A stretch of DNA of 64,000 bases from a virus: the IMG/VR virus record IMGVR_UViG_3300038856_000064, positions 96,001 through 160,000 of that record; one strand, written 5' to 3'. A program made the position numbers and the translations under genes. Shown here piece by piece: positions 21,355 through 30,612 of the stretch. The stretch's first letter is position 1; each line of letters begins with the position of its first letter. Under the pieces are notes generated by a model. That model did no database searches, was not told the DNA's origin, and saw nothing but the letters and a program-made list of their open reading frames with translations.

Positions 21355-22734
21355 TTAGCTATCGTCAAAACTATTTGGGAATGGCGCGGCGCCGATATTG
21401 AATCGATCACTTCCATTCTCAAACACTAGCGTTCTGTGGTTCGGTTGGAACCTATCATGACTAATTGTTAGTGAGTTAAACGAACTAAAGTTGTAGGTGA
21501 CTGTCATGTTGTCGCCACCAGCCTCACCACCACCAACATCGATAGTCGTTAGAACATTCGAGTCACCAACATCTACTTGGAGACCGTCACAGGTACGAAC
21601 GATAATTGTGTTATTGGCAGTTTGGTTAGGACCACAATCAACTTCAGATGTCGCATCGACTAGGTCACCCTGAGATGTGACAACTTCAATCGCAGTTGTA
21701 ACTTCTACAGGAAAGGTTACATACTTGGTGAATGGACGCAGCGAGCCTAGCTCGAAAATGTCATCACGACCAATGTCTGCGGTTACTGTTACTGATTGTA
21801 GGTGCTCAACTACACCACTCGTATTTGAAGTTACGACTAGTTGGGTCAAGGCGTTGCCAGCAGAGTCTACTGCGCCAGAAACACCAACTGCGGCGTATCC
21901 CTTTTCGATTAGCTGCTCAACACTGACACCAGAACCGAGCGGCGAAGTGATACCAGGGATGTCAGACGGAAGAACCGAACGACGGATATCTACTTCCTCA
22001 CGACGCTGGACACCAGAACCGACGATAAGCACGCCGAAGCCTGCTTCACCACCAGCTAGTTCCTGAACGCCACCCAATGGCTCGTGACCGAATACACCAG
22101 ACGGAACACCCTCAGGGGTCTCACTATCAGGTGGAGTCAATGCCGGTGGATAGGTATTAACGGCTTCACCAGGAACACTGGCGTCAAAGTTTGCCCACTT
22201 CTTATCGTTACCGACAAGAGTAATGGATTCGTTTACTGCACCATCGACAGGGAAGGTGTAAGCAACGGTTGATAGATACATACCCGACAAAAGCACTGCC
22301 GAAAGTGGCGAAGCGGTATTTGCACGGAATTGTGTATCTGAATAAATGTTAAGAATAATATCACTGCGATGGAACGCAGTCTTTCCAACTAGATCCGTAA
22401 ACGTGGGATCAGTCAGCATGAACCACAATGGCTTAGTACCGTCGATAATCTTCTCGACAGTTACCTCAACATCCGGCTGACGCTCCGAGTACTCGTAAAG
22501 CTCAACCTGACCAAGCTGGAAAACCGTTTCACGGTTAAAGTTAGTCGACATAGCGACTGACTGTACACCGCGTGGGACTTCCCAAAGGCCAGCTACTTCA
22601 TCTACCGAAGCGGCAGAAAATAGACCGGATGCATATTCGCGCGCGTTAAGTGGTGCCACGCTGTTAGTTGGACCCGCAGCATTATCCTTGATCGCCACCT
22701 GCTCAAGGGCGTAAAAAGTTCTGCGATTTGGCAT
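21355..22734 (-). CDS. Major tail (tube) protein
   Basis: 459 aa, two repeats of a tube-like motif (GVQSVAMSTNFNRETVFQLGQ / HLQSVTVTADIGRDDIFELGS); AGGAGG RBS, own late motif and terminator. Confidence 0.8.
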   Translation of the reverse strand: MPNRRTFYALEQVAIKDNAAGPTNSVAPLNAREYASGLFSAASVDEVAGLWEVPRGVQSVAMSTNFNRETVFQLGQVELYEYSERQPDVEVTVEKIIDGTKPLWFMLTDPTFTDLVGKTAFHRSDIILNIYSDTQFRANTASPLSAVLLSGMYLSTVAYTFPVDGAVNESITLVGNDKKWANFDASVPGEAVNTYPPALTPPDSETPEGVPSGVFGHEPLGGVQELAGGEAGFGVLIVGSGVQRREEVDIRRSVLPSDIPGITSPLGSGVSVEQLIEKGYAAVGVSGAVDSAGNALTQLVVTSNTSGVVEHLQSVTVTADIGRDDIFELGSLRPFTKYVTFPVEVTTAIEVVTSQGDLVDATSEVDCGPNQTANNTIIVRTCDGLQVDVGDSNVLTTIDVGGGEAGGDNMTVTYNFSSFNSLTISHDRFQPNHRTLVFENGSDRFNIGAAPFPNSFDDS

Positions 22735-22795
22735 TAGTTACCTCCTAATTTGCGTGTCTGATCAGATGCATCTTGAGCACTTAAGCTCAGCTTAA

Positions 22796-22955
22796 TTATA
22801 CACTAAACACCCTAAAGCAATGTCGCCTACTGATATTAAATTGCTTGGCAATAACGTCTACAGCCACCCCTTCTTGATTTAGTTGCTTAATTTGGATAAT
22901 ATCATCTAGAGATAATTTTCTTACACATTGCAATTTTGTAAATATACCCAATCAT
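22796..22955 (-). pseudogene. Remnant of a GIY-YIG homing endonuclease
   Basis: Starts MIGYIYKI then stops; another frame gives RKLSLDDIIQIKQLNQEGVAVDVIAKQFNISRRHCFRV (HTH). Confidence 0.6.
22799..22806 (-). promoter_or_regulatory. Putative late promoter motif TTAGTGTA
   Basis: TTAGTGTATAAT upstream of tail tube gene. Confidence 0.7.
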
Positions 22956-24013
22956 CATGACTCGTAATTCACTCCATCAACGCCCTCTAGACCTATATCA
23001 AGCCCAAATGGGGTAGTGGGCATAATGGCATGTATCTGAACAGATAAGCGCACCACAGCCCTCTCAAAGACGTCCTGCTGAGTCGTAGCATCTGAAAAAA
23101 AGGAATCTAAGTCTACTAGCTCAGTTTCCTGAATAAAACCTCTAAACGCCACTGGATTTATTCCAGAAAAGGCTGGACCTGGCAATGGCTGATTTAAAGC
23201 TAATGAGCTATAAGGAACATAATCTGGACTTAGCTCATTCTTCAAGCCAGACAATGGAAATGGCGCTATATTATAATTAATGACCGGAAAGCTTTTTCTA
23301 GCCTGTAGAGACACTAAATCTATTAGATTATCTCTTGTGCTTTCGTCTAATGCCCAGATCTCGCATTTTAATTCATCTGTTAAAACTAAAGACCTATCAC
23401 CTAGTTGATAGTTAGAGTGTGTTCGCCTAACATTCTCAGTAAATATAATGGGAAGTGGTATAACCCTAGTTGATCCAGATGGATAGATTAGTTGTCCGGC
23501 AGTAAATGGATTACTCTTATACTGAGCCTCAAGCGCACCCTCTCTCAACTGATTGTTAAATTGACGCAGATTCAGAATCTGAACATTTTTATATGAAAAC
23601 TCTCCATGAACGGTTGTATCCAGTGGTAATGGACTATCAAAAATAATACGTCCATTTATATAGTCAATGCTATGTGGATAAACTGCATCGTTCTCTAAGC
23701 GAAAGGCGCCGTCAATATAAACACCGCTAGCACGAAACGCAGTTGGCCAATGCCTAAGAATAACGGAGGGATTGAGTGCTGGCGGATTCTGGTATATCCA
23801 GTTACGAAATAGAGATTGCCATACCTGACCAGGCTGATAACCACCTTCTGCTAATATCTCTTGCGCCGTATCCGGTACCAAAAGACTCATGTCGCTACCA
23901 TCATAAAATTGCGTACCACTTGTAACTATATCATAACAACCATCACGAAGCAATTCGGCATCTAGAAACTCACGCCAACTGTGCTTGAGCAAAAATCTCG
24001 GTTTAAAAAACAT
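22955..24013 (-). CDS. Putative tail terminator/neck protein
   Basis: 352 aa directly upstream of tail tube; CEIWALDESTRDNLIDLV is terminator-like. Confidence 0.55.
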   Translation of the reverse strand: MFFKPRFLLKHSWREFLDAELLRDGCYDIVTSGTQFYDGSDMSLLVPDTAQEILAEGGYQPGQVWQSLFRNWIYQNPPALNPSVILRHWPTAFRASGVYIDGAFRLENDAVYPHSIDYINGRIIFDSPLPLDTTVHGEFSYKNVQILNLRQFNNQLREGALEAQYKSNPFTAGQLIYPSGSTRVIPLPIIFTENVRRTHSNYQLGDRSLVLTDELKCEIWALDESTRDNLIDLVSLQARKSFPVINYNIAPFPLSGLKNELSPDYVPYSSLALNQPLPGPAFSGINPVAFRGFIQETELVDLDSFFSDATTQQDVFERAVVRLSVQIHAIMPTTPFGLDIGLEGVDGVNYES

Positions 24014-24014
24014 A

Positions 24015-25010
24015 CTATCCCCTCAATAATGCCTTGATAGAAGTACTCATAACTCGTCGCGTCCAAGTACCAAGATCAAGCTTTTGTTGTAGCCACCACC
24101 TATCCCAAAACCCATTAAACTTTGGACTTGGTGCATAGTCCGCAGTGACGTTTCCAAATGTTTCTGACGGAGACTTGCCGCTCTTACCTGCGCGGTTACT
24201 CATCATAATCGCAGCAAATTCGCCTGCATTACTCCTAGTACGTGAAATACGGATTAATCCTTCAGTAATACTAACCCTACGCAAATTAAGGCCAGTGGAC
24301 GATTTATTACTAGGGCTACGCTTCAAGGATTGGCGAAGATCTCGCACTCTTACTAACGCGAACCCAGGAGTACCGCCACTAGCAAAATGAGGACCAGTAA
24401 CTAGACTTAGCCATGAATAGAACGGTCCCCTTGCTCCACTTTCAAATCTAGATGGATGAGGAGTTAACTTAAGCAACCTAGTCTGATCAAAATTGAATCT
24501 TATCTGTGGACCATCCTTACGAATGATAACATCTACAGTAATTGATTGTAGTAGGGCTGCCTTAAGATTACGAATCGACTCACTAGGATCAGGCAAACCA
24601 ATCTCTCCAGCGCCAGCCTTGCTCTTAATAAATTTTGCGAACCCCTCTTGATCCAGTGGAGTTCCCGGCTTAGCTTGTCCTAAACTACGACCAAGGACTC
24701 TAACGCTTGGATTTCCGGCACCCACCAAGCCCGCTATCACAGATTCCATAGCTATCTTTAGGTGACGCTCCAGCTCGGCTGCTCGTTCTGAAAATATCTT
24801 ACGAAGAACAAGTCGTCGTGCCTGACTTTTGATACTACCCTTATCGTTCGCATCTACCTTAAATGTGAACTGTGCGGATTTGCGCTTGCCTTTAATAGTT
24901 GGCGCTACACCAGGCGCACCCTGAAACGCAGCAGCAGTGACGCGCCTAAGTGACCGTCCCACGCTCTGCATCTCATCATGGAGGGAGATTTCAACCTTAT
25001 TCTTAGCCAT
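24015..25010 (-). CDS. Putative head-tail connector/neck protein
   Basis: Basic 331-aa protein in neck position. Confidence 0.45.
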   Translation of the reverse strand: MAKNKVEISLHDEMQSVGRSLRRVTAAAFQGAPGVAPTIKGKRKSAQFTFKVDANDKGSIKSQARRLVLRKIFSERAAELERHLKIAMESVIAGLVGAGNPSVRVLGRSLGQAKPGTPLDQEGFAKFIKSKAGAGEIGLPDPSESIRNLKAALLQSITVDVIIRKDGPQIRFNFDQTRLLKLTPHPSRFESGARGPFYSWLSLVTGPHFASGGTPGFALVRVRDLRQSLKRSPSNKSSTGLNLRRVSITEGLIRISRTRSNAGEFAAIMMSNRAGKSGKSPSETFGNVTADYAPSPKFNGFWDRWWLQQKLDLGTWTRRVMSTSIKALLRG

Positions 25011-25542
25011 TTTGAACTTCGTTAATTGCCTTCCATTTGCAAATTATATATCTCACGTCGCGGAAACCAATTGGTCGGATTGACTCAAGTACATAGCGTG
25101 AACCATCAATAGTCGCAGATTGACATTCTTCTACGTGCGGACGAGCTTCTAGAACTAATGTTGTGGCGACCTCATCCTTGAGTAATTCGATACCGCCCTT
25201 GTCGTCGGAATCCCTCGGGCCATGCTTAATCTGTGCTACGTATGTCGCGTCACGATGCACAAGCTTTACTGCTGGCGTTCTAGTGGTAGAGATCTGATTC
25301 GGAGCCATACGCCCACCACGACGATCAAATGGATTGTAACGAAGCGCCGGCGTACTTGCTTGTAACCCTGATGAGTCAATCGTCTTTTCTGGAGTTAGGT
25401 GTAAAACGATATTTCGCCCTAGTGCGAAGAAAGCGCTATCAAAAATACCGTGATAGCAATCCTCAAACTCGTTTTGAATTTCAGAAAACGAACCATCATC
25501 AGAAGGTGTACCAAGTGGATTAATATCTCTCTTTTCTACCAT
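25003..25542 (-). CDS. Putative head closure protein
   Basis: 179 aa; ATIDGSRYVLESIRPIG...YIICKW beta-barrel pattern; synteny. Confidence 0.5.
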   Translation of the reverse strand: MVEKRDINPLGTPSDDGSFSEIQNEFEDCYHGIFDSAFFALGRNIVLHLTPEKTIDSSGLQASTPALRYNPFDRRGGRMAPNQISTTRTPAVKLVHRDATYVAQIKHGPRDSDDKGGIELLKDEVATTLVLEARPHVEECQSATIDGSRYVLESIRPIGFRDVRYIICKWKAINEVQNG

Positions 25543-25552
25543 CGTGGCCCCC

Positions 25553-26104
25553 TTATCTAATATTAAGTCTAATTCTACACCAACCCGCCGTCGGAATTAT
25601 AACTGGTTCTGGATTGACGATATATTCTACACCGCCTACCCTCATAGATGATGTCGCCCCTTGTGCCCCAGGAACCTTAATAGTCGGATCATTTAGAGAA
25701 CTGTCAAATGTCCCTATTCTCTTGCTACTCCATGTCGTATTTGCTGTGATTAAGCCGGAGGGGGCAAGATATGCTGGCGCGCCGGGGCGGATTGCGTTTG
25801 GATCAACATGAGGATGTATCGCGTTTGTAACAACCACACCTAGAATGATGTATGGGTAGGATGTAAATGGTGGATAGGCCCTATGCGTATTCCATGGGAC
25901 TACTGCGCGAGATAAATCGACCTCTTCTTGATCGTGTTGCTGCATACCAAGAGGAACGGTATTACTATCTGGATTAGGCTCATAGACCGCATATTGGATG
26001 CCGCTAAGGGTAGCTAATGACAGGATACCCCCACGCTCGACCTGGAACGGGTTTGTGAACTGAACTCTTGTATCAAAGATTTGTTGTTCTGGTCCGATTG
26101 CCAT
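25553..26104 (-). CDS. Capsid-decoration-like protein, paralog of 30128..30610
   Basis: GAPAYLAPSGLI...RIGTF...GWCRIRLN vs GQPAYLAPNGNI...RVGQF...GFAKVRIE. Confidence 0.6.
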   Translation of the reverse strand: MAIGPEQQIFDTRVQFTNPFQVERGGILSLATLSGIQYAVYEPNPDSNTVPLGMQQHDQEEVDLSRAVVPWNTHRAYPPFTSYPYIILGVVVTNAIHPHVDPNAIRPGAPAYLAPSGLITANTTWSSKRIGTFDSSLNDPTIKVPGAQGATSSMRVGGVEYIVNPEPVIIPTAGWCRIRLNIR

Positions 26105-26112
26105 TGACTAAC

Positions 26113-26445
26113 CTAACAGTTGTACTTAATAAACTTGCGTAACTTTCTACGACGTGACTCATTTGATCTTCTAGATGTAAAACCGAATGCCTTACATAAG
26201 TCACACATTTGATCCCAGGATAGCGAACGAATCTGGGAAAACGTAAAAGTGATATTTGGAAACTCGCGTCCAGGAAACATCTTCTCTAGCGTGCGCTTAG
26301 AATATGGAACCTGAATTAATGTGCCTCTATAAGCCTTATATGTCTCCCAAGGAACCTTAACTGGATCATAACGCTCAAGATAGCCATAGATCCTTTTCCC
26401 ATCAATAATCGTTGAGCCATATGGATATGAAAAATGTACGAGCAT
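26113..26445 (-). CDS. Hypothetical basic protein
   Basis: 110 aa, abuts upstream stop. Confidence 0.6.
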   Translation of the reverse strand: MLVHFSYPYGSTIIDGKRIYGYLERYDPVKVPWETYKAYRGTLIQVPYSKRTLEKMFPGREFPNITFTFSQIRSLSWDQMCDLCKAFGFTSRRSNESRRRKLRKFIKYNC

Positions 26446-27384
26446 CTAGCAAATTCCGTAGCCACCTGTGTTATTGCCATAGCCGCCATAACGAGGTATA
26501 GTAACATCGCGTCCGGATGCCCCGGCAAGCCTCCAGCGAAGATCGGAGATTGCTTTACTCAATTCCTCACGGATAGCCGTAAGATTGAATTTGGTCATAT
26601 CTGCACGATGACTAAGGCGACCAACAGCCTTAGAGATGCTAACACCATCTGCGTTGGTTGAAGACACTCCGTCGCTAGCAATGCCAACAAGCCCGCTACC
26701 AAACGAACCGGCGGTAACTTGATTTAATCTAGCGAGAGCAGTTGACTCTCCGGTTAATAGAATCTCTTCCATTTGTAGCACTAATATATCTGCATATGGA
26801 TCAGTGCTTGGGTCGATAGTTCCATTTTCTAAATTAAGAGTTAAAACGGGGGTAGAGGCTCTTGAGTTAAATGCGATAAGCCAAATATAATAGCTTTGTT
26901 CAGATAGTCTCACTAATGCTAGACGACGATTTACTCGACTGATAGCTTTTTTGAGTGTACGGCGCATAAGACCATCTACAAAAATAAGACCATCGGGATC
27001 CCCAACATCGATGCGAACCCTGTCAAATAAACTCTCAACATTATTGTCTGCTGGACTCTGAAATGATGTGGCTAATGTTGCGTCAGCTACACAGAATAAT
27101 TCGGTCGACTGCCCACTCGTTGACGTGGTGGTTATATCCCAAACGATACTCCAATTCTCGCCTAGTTGATATCCAGCGGGGATGATCGCTCCAGATGCAG
27201 TATATACACCAACATCAATCTTGGTCCCAACAGTTTCTGTTACTGCCTCTATTCCGGCGGGATCAAAAATCCTAAATCTAATATCAGTCGGATCTAATGA
27301 TGCGCCATTTTGGCCAGCCGTTACATAGATATCTAGCTCTGTCGCGGCGGTACCAACTGTTAGAATTTTTCCGTCTTGTGACAT
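26446..27384 (-). CDS. Putative head-tail adaptor with N-terminal Ig-like domain
   Basis: RVRIDVGDPD...AISRVN adaptor-like segment; AAGGAGG RBS; late motif. Confidence 0.55.
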   Translation of the reverse strand: MSQDGKILTVGTAATELDIYVTAGQNGASLDPTDIRFRIFDPAGIEAVTETVGTKIDVGVYTASGAIIPAGYQLGENWSIVWDITTTSTSGQSTELFCVADATLATSFQSPADNNVESLFDRVRIDVGDPDGLIFVDGLMRRTLKKAISRVNRRLALVRLSEQSYYIWLIAFNSRASTPVLTLNLENGTIDPSTDPYADILVLQMEEILLTGESTALARLNQVTAGSFGSGLVGIASDGVSSTNADGVSISKAVGRLSHRADMTKFNLTAIREELSKAISDLRWRLAGASGRDVTIPRYGGYGNNTGGYGIC

Positions 27385-27416
27385 CGAGCCTCCTTGATAA
27401 ACTGGTTACTAAATAA

Positions 27417-27424
27417 TACACTAA
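27417..27424 (-). promoter_or_regulatory. Putative late promoter motif TTAGTGTA
   Basis: Octamer between endonuclease stop and adaptor gene. Confidence 0.7.
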
Positions 27425-28954
27425 TTATCGAATAATAAATTCCCACCTCTGCTTTGGTGGAACTATAACCTTAATAAGACCCAGAGAATTCGCATAATTT
27501 GACTCAGACTGGCCAGCAGGAACTCTACACTTACTTTTGTGATATTCGTTACCCTCTTGATCGATATAGATATAATCGGACCTCATTTTATTATCAACTA
27601 GAATAAAATTACAGGCTTTATAGAGGGTGCCGCCATGATGGCGAGGGTCGTGCCAACTTACTACCTTACCGCGATAACCTGTCTTCTTTAACCATCTTAA
27701 GGACCTGGCAACCATCCATGAGGTCGTATTATTGTATGGGTGCGGCAATCTAACTCTGTCAAAAATAGCGCAACGATTGAGACAAACCGACTTTTCATGA
27801 GGATTGGCGACACCGCCAAATGTCACGACACCACAAAGTATATCGTTATAGTAAAACCCAAGACGATGCTTGTCACGTCCAGACGCCGACTTGAGATAAT
27901 GTACGCGACGCAGAAAATCGTCTGCTATAACCTTATTTATTTCCCTAACCTCAAATCTATAGTTATGCTTTATTCGTAAGCAAAGCTTATCCAATACATC
28001 ATCCTTGCTGGTCAATATTATGTAGTTGAATTGATTGTCTTTATAGTATTGAATTTTCTCGGCAAACTTATCTGGCCGCTTGCGCGACTCACCAAGACCG
28101 TCATACTCGACCCATAGATCTTGATTTGGTAAGTAAAAGTCACAAGTCCATTTACGATCTTCACAAACCCTCTTATGCGGTTCGTAATCAATAAAATTCT
28201 GGTACAACAAATCAGCCAATCGCTTCTCTTCTATGGAGTCATAAAATGTATTATCATTACCTAGTTGCCTTTTATCGACATCGATATTAGCCAACTCAAG
28301 TATTTCCTTCCAGCTCTTGTTTGGGAAACGCTTATAATAACACGAATTATTAATATTCTGATTAGAAGATAACTCCTCGTGTTTTAAACGACCTAGTAAC
28401 TCATTGTCTGTTTTCTTAACGCCAGATCGTGATACCTCAAGCCCCGCCTCCCTCAATGCATTTGGCCAACTACCGAATTTTCTACGTATTGTTTCAGCAC
28501 TATACAATGTATTCGCCTGTTTATATTTTTCAATAGTTAGTATTCCGTCACACTCCTTCGATGCACTTATTAGAGCTTCAACTAATTCCTTTTTTGTTGA
28601 GCCATATACCCTATTTGGCTTAATCCCAGCAATTTGAAGTCCCTTAACCCAACTACCGAAATGCCTTTCTACTGCCGTAAGCTTTACCCCTCCCTCTACC
28701 CTAAATAAGTCTGAATTATTGCTACCAGTTTTATCATAGAAGTCTCTAATGGCTTGTATTACCTCCTCATCTGTATAATTTTTTCTAGATGTAGGTAACC
28801 CTGCCTCTACCACAGCATTATTCCAACTACCAAACTCTTTATTCACTATGAAGCGACTATATTTAGTATCAGCTTCATCATATAGCTTTCGAGTAATTTT
28901 ACCATGCTGACTAAAAACACCTTTAATGTCCGATATTATTTCTTGTTTACTCAT
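27425..28954 (-). CDS. Free-standing homing-endonuclease-like protein: FGSW repeats + PD-(D/E)XK/Vsr-like nuclease + Mom-like GNAT domain
   Basis: Repeats FGSWNNAVVEAGL / FGSWVKGLQIAGI / FGSWPNALREAGL; DFYLPNQDLWVEYDG; ADDFLRRVHYL...LCGVVTFG...HGGTLYKACNF; AT-rich. Confidence 0.7.
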   Translation of the reverse strand: MSKQEIISDIKGVFSQHGKITRKLYDEADTKYSRFIVNKEFGSWNNAVVEAGLPTSRKNYTDEEVIQAIRDFYDKTGSNNSDLFRVEGGVKLTAVERHFGSWVKGLQIAGIKPNRVYGSTKKELVEALISASKECDGILTIEKYKQANTLYSAETIRRKFGSWPNALREAGLEVSRSGVKKTDNELLGRLKHEELSSNQNINNSCYYKRFPNKSWKEILELANIDVDKRQLGNDNTFYDSIEEKRLADLLYQNFIDYEPHKRVCEDRKWTCDFYLPNQDLWVEYDGLGESRKRPDKFAEKIQYYKDNQFNYIILTSKDDVLDKLCLRIKHNYRFEVREINKVIADDFLRRVHYLKSASGRDKHRLGFYYNDILCGVVTFGGVANPHEKSVCLNRCAIFDRVRLPHPYNNTTSWMVARSLRWLKKTGYRGKVVSWHDPRHHGGTLYKACNFILVDNKMRSDYIYIDQEGNEYHKSKCRVPAGQSESNYANSLGLIKVIVPPKQRWEFIIR

Positions 28955-29011
28955 ACTAATATTATGTGTCTAGAAGTAATAATCGTGCTCTCTAATTGGC
29001 ATAGACAGGCT

Positions 29012-29039
29012 AAAAGAAAAGGGCTGGCCTGGCCAGCCC
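29012..29039 (-). terminator. Terminator after major capsid gene
   Basis: GGGCTGGC...GCCAGCCC then TTTTCTTTT. Confidence 0.85.
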
Positions 29040-29076
29040 CTAACTTCATATAAGCTACCGACTTAGGATATAAATC

Positions 29077-30108
29077 CTAGAAGGCCCCCAAGAGCACCCG
29101 GCGGTTGTCAAGACATGCGAAACCATGACGCATCCAGCCAAAGATACCCATGCGCTGGTATCTGGTGAGTGCATCGTCATCGTATACCTCAAGCTCTTCC
29201 TTGATTGGCATGACAAAGGAATCGTCTGCTTCACTAAGGTCAAGACCAACACAGAACTGTTCGGTGTTGTTTGGCTTAGTTAGACTGAGAACAGTCTCTA
29301 GGAAGGCATCGTATTCTTGGTCCTGACCAAACTCGGTCATTGCGTGCATGATGACACCGTAGATTTCTGCAAGACCCTTTTCAGAGCTTGTAAAGATCTC
29401 GCGACGAGTAAACTCATCGACACGGCTTGCGTCCCATGCTCGGACGTGCTCCATTGCTTCTAGAGAAACGTAGAGGTCGGTTAGACGCCCTGCGTTTCCG
29501 TTACCACCAGCACCACGAGTCATCGCTGTGTGCATACGGCTTACTAGTTCCTTGGTGAATTCACCAGGATTTGGCGACGTGGTTAGGGTATTGACAGATC
29601 CTGTAAATACCGCAGTGCCACTTGCTCCTACGACCAGACCACGGTCCGCTGCTGCGGCGAGGATAGTGCGCCAGCCATCAGAGTTGATCTTGCGAACAAA
29701 ACCAGCCTCAAATACCTGTAGTGCGCGCTTGACTACGTCCCAACGTGCTTCCTTCATAAATTTGATATCCCAATCAATTGAGTTACCAATCTTGAAGGTA
29801 GGAACGTTGATCTCACTTGCTTCTACTCGACGTTCTGGCAGACGACCCTGCTCAGCTAGAGTATAAGCTGTGTAAGTGTCCTCATCACCCGGACGAACAA
29901 AGTCTAGCGGATAACTAGCCGTTGCTCCGTAAGGAATGACCTGTGGAGTATAGATATCACCCAAGTTGTCAGCATCAAAGATGCCTCGACGTAGGGGTGC
30001 AACTAATTCCTGTGCGAACGACTTTCGTGCAGCCTCTGACATGCCCTGATCGCGGGAGGCCATCGCACGTAGAAGCGTTAGCATCTGCTCATCTTGCTTC
30101 TCATACAT
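29077..30108 (-). CDS. Major capsid protein (HK97-like fold inferred)
   Basis: 343 aa after protease/scaffold and decoration genes, followed by strong terminator; C-terminal GIFGWMRHGFACLDNRRV. Confidence 0.85.
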   Translation of the reverse strand: MYEKQDEQMLTLLRAMASRDQGMSEAARKSFAQELVAPLRRGIFDADNLGDIYTPQVIPYGATASYPLDFVRPGDEDTYTAYTLAEQGRLPERRVEASEINVPTFKIGNSIDWDIKFMKEARWDVVKRALQVFEAGFVRKINSDGWRTILAAAADRGLVVGASGTAVFTGSVNTLTTSPNPGEFTKELVSRMHTAMTRGAGGNGNAGRLTDLYVSLEAMEHVRAWDASRVDEFTRREIFTSSEKGLAEIYGVIMHAMTEFGQDQEYDAFLETVLSLTKPNNTEQFCVGLDLSEADDSFVMPIKEELEVYDDDALTRYQRMGIFGWMRHGFACLDNRRVLLGAF

Positions 30109-30127
30109 AACTTTTTACCTCCGTTGA

Positions 30128-30610
30128 TTATTGTAGTTCGATTCGAACTTTTGCGAAGCCATCGGAATCAACAGCGCTCATAAACTGACCAACACGAGTG
30201 TGATCACTTAGTGCTCCGGATGGCGTCAAGTTACCATTACCAATGTTTCCATTAGGTGCTAGGTAAGCTGGCTGACCCGCAGCAATCGCTACACCACCGT
30301 TCGCTACGACCAAATCTGTCTGTAGCTCACCACGGCGAAGTAACGTTACAACAGTGCCAATGTCGGCAGTGTCGTACTGAGAACGCTCAAGTTCTTTAGC
30401 ATAGTTGAACTCTTCACGAGTATTGAGTAGGACGCCCATCGGATAGATACCAGATCCATCACCAGCAGCAATCTGCACGGCTCCTACAACATCCACCTTA
30501 CCAGCGACACCAGATGCTACAACTAGAGTGCCCGGCTCTGCCGCGCGATCTAGGATAAACTGCATCGTGGTTTCGTGACGGTGGCTTAAGCCTCCACTTT
30601 TCAATGACAT
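30128..30610 (-). CDS. Capsid decoration/cement protein
   Basis: 160-aa Gly-rich protein immediately upstream of MCP. Confidence 0.65.
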   Translation of the reverse strand: MSLKSGGLSHRHETTMQFILDRAAEPGTLVVASGVAGKVDVVGAVQIAAGDGSGIYPMGVLLNTREEFNYAKELERSQYDTADIGTVVTLLRRGELQTDLVVANGGVAIAAGQPAYLAPNGNIGNGNLTPSGALSDHTRVGQFMSAVDSDGFAKVRIELQ

Positions 30611-30612
30611 AA

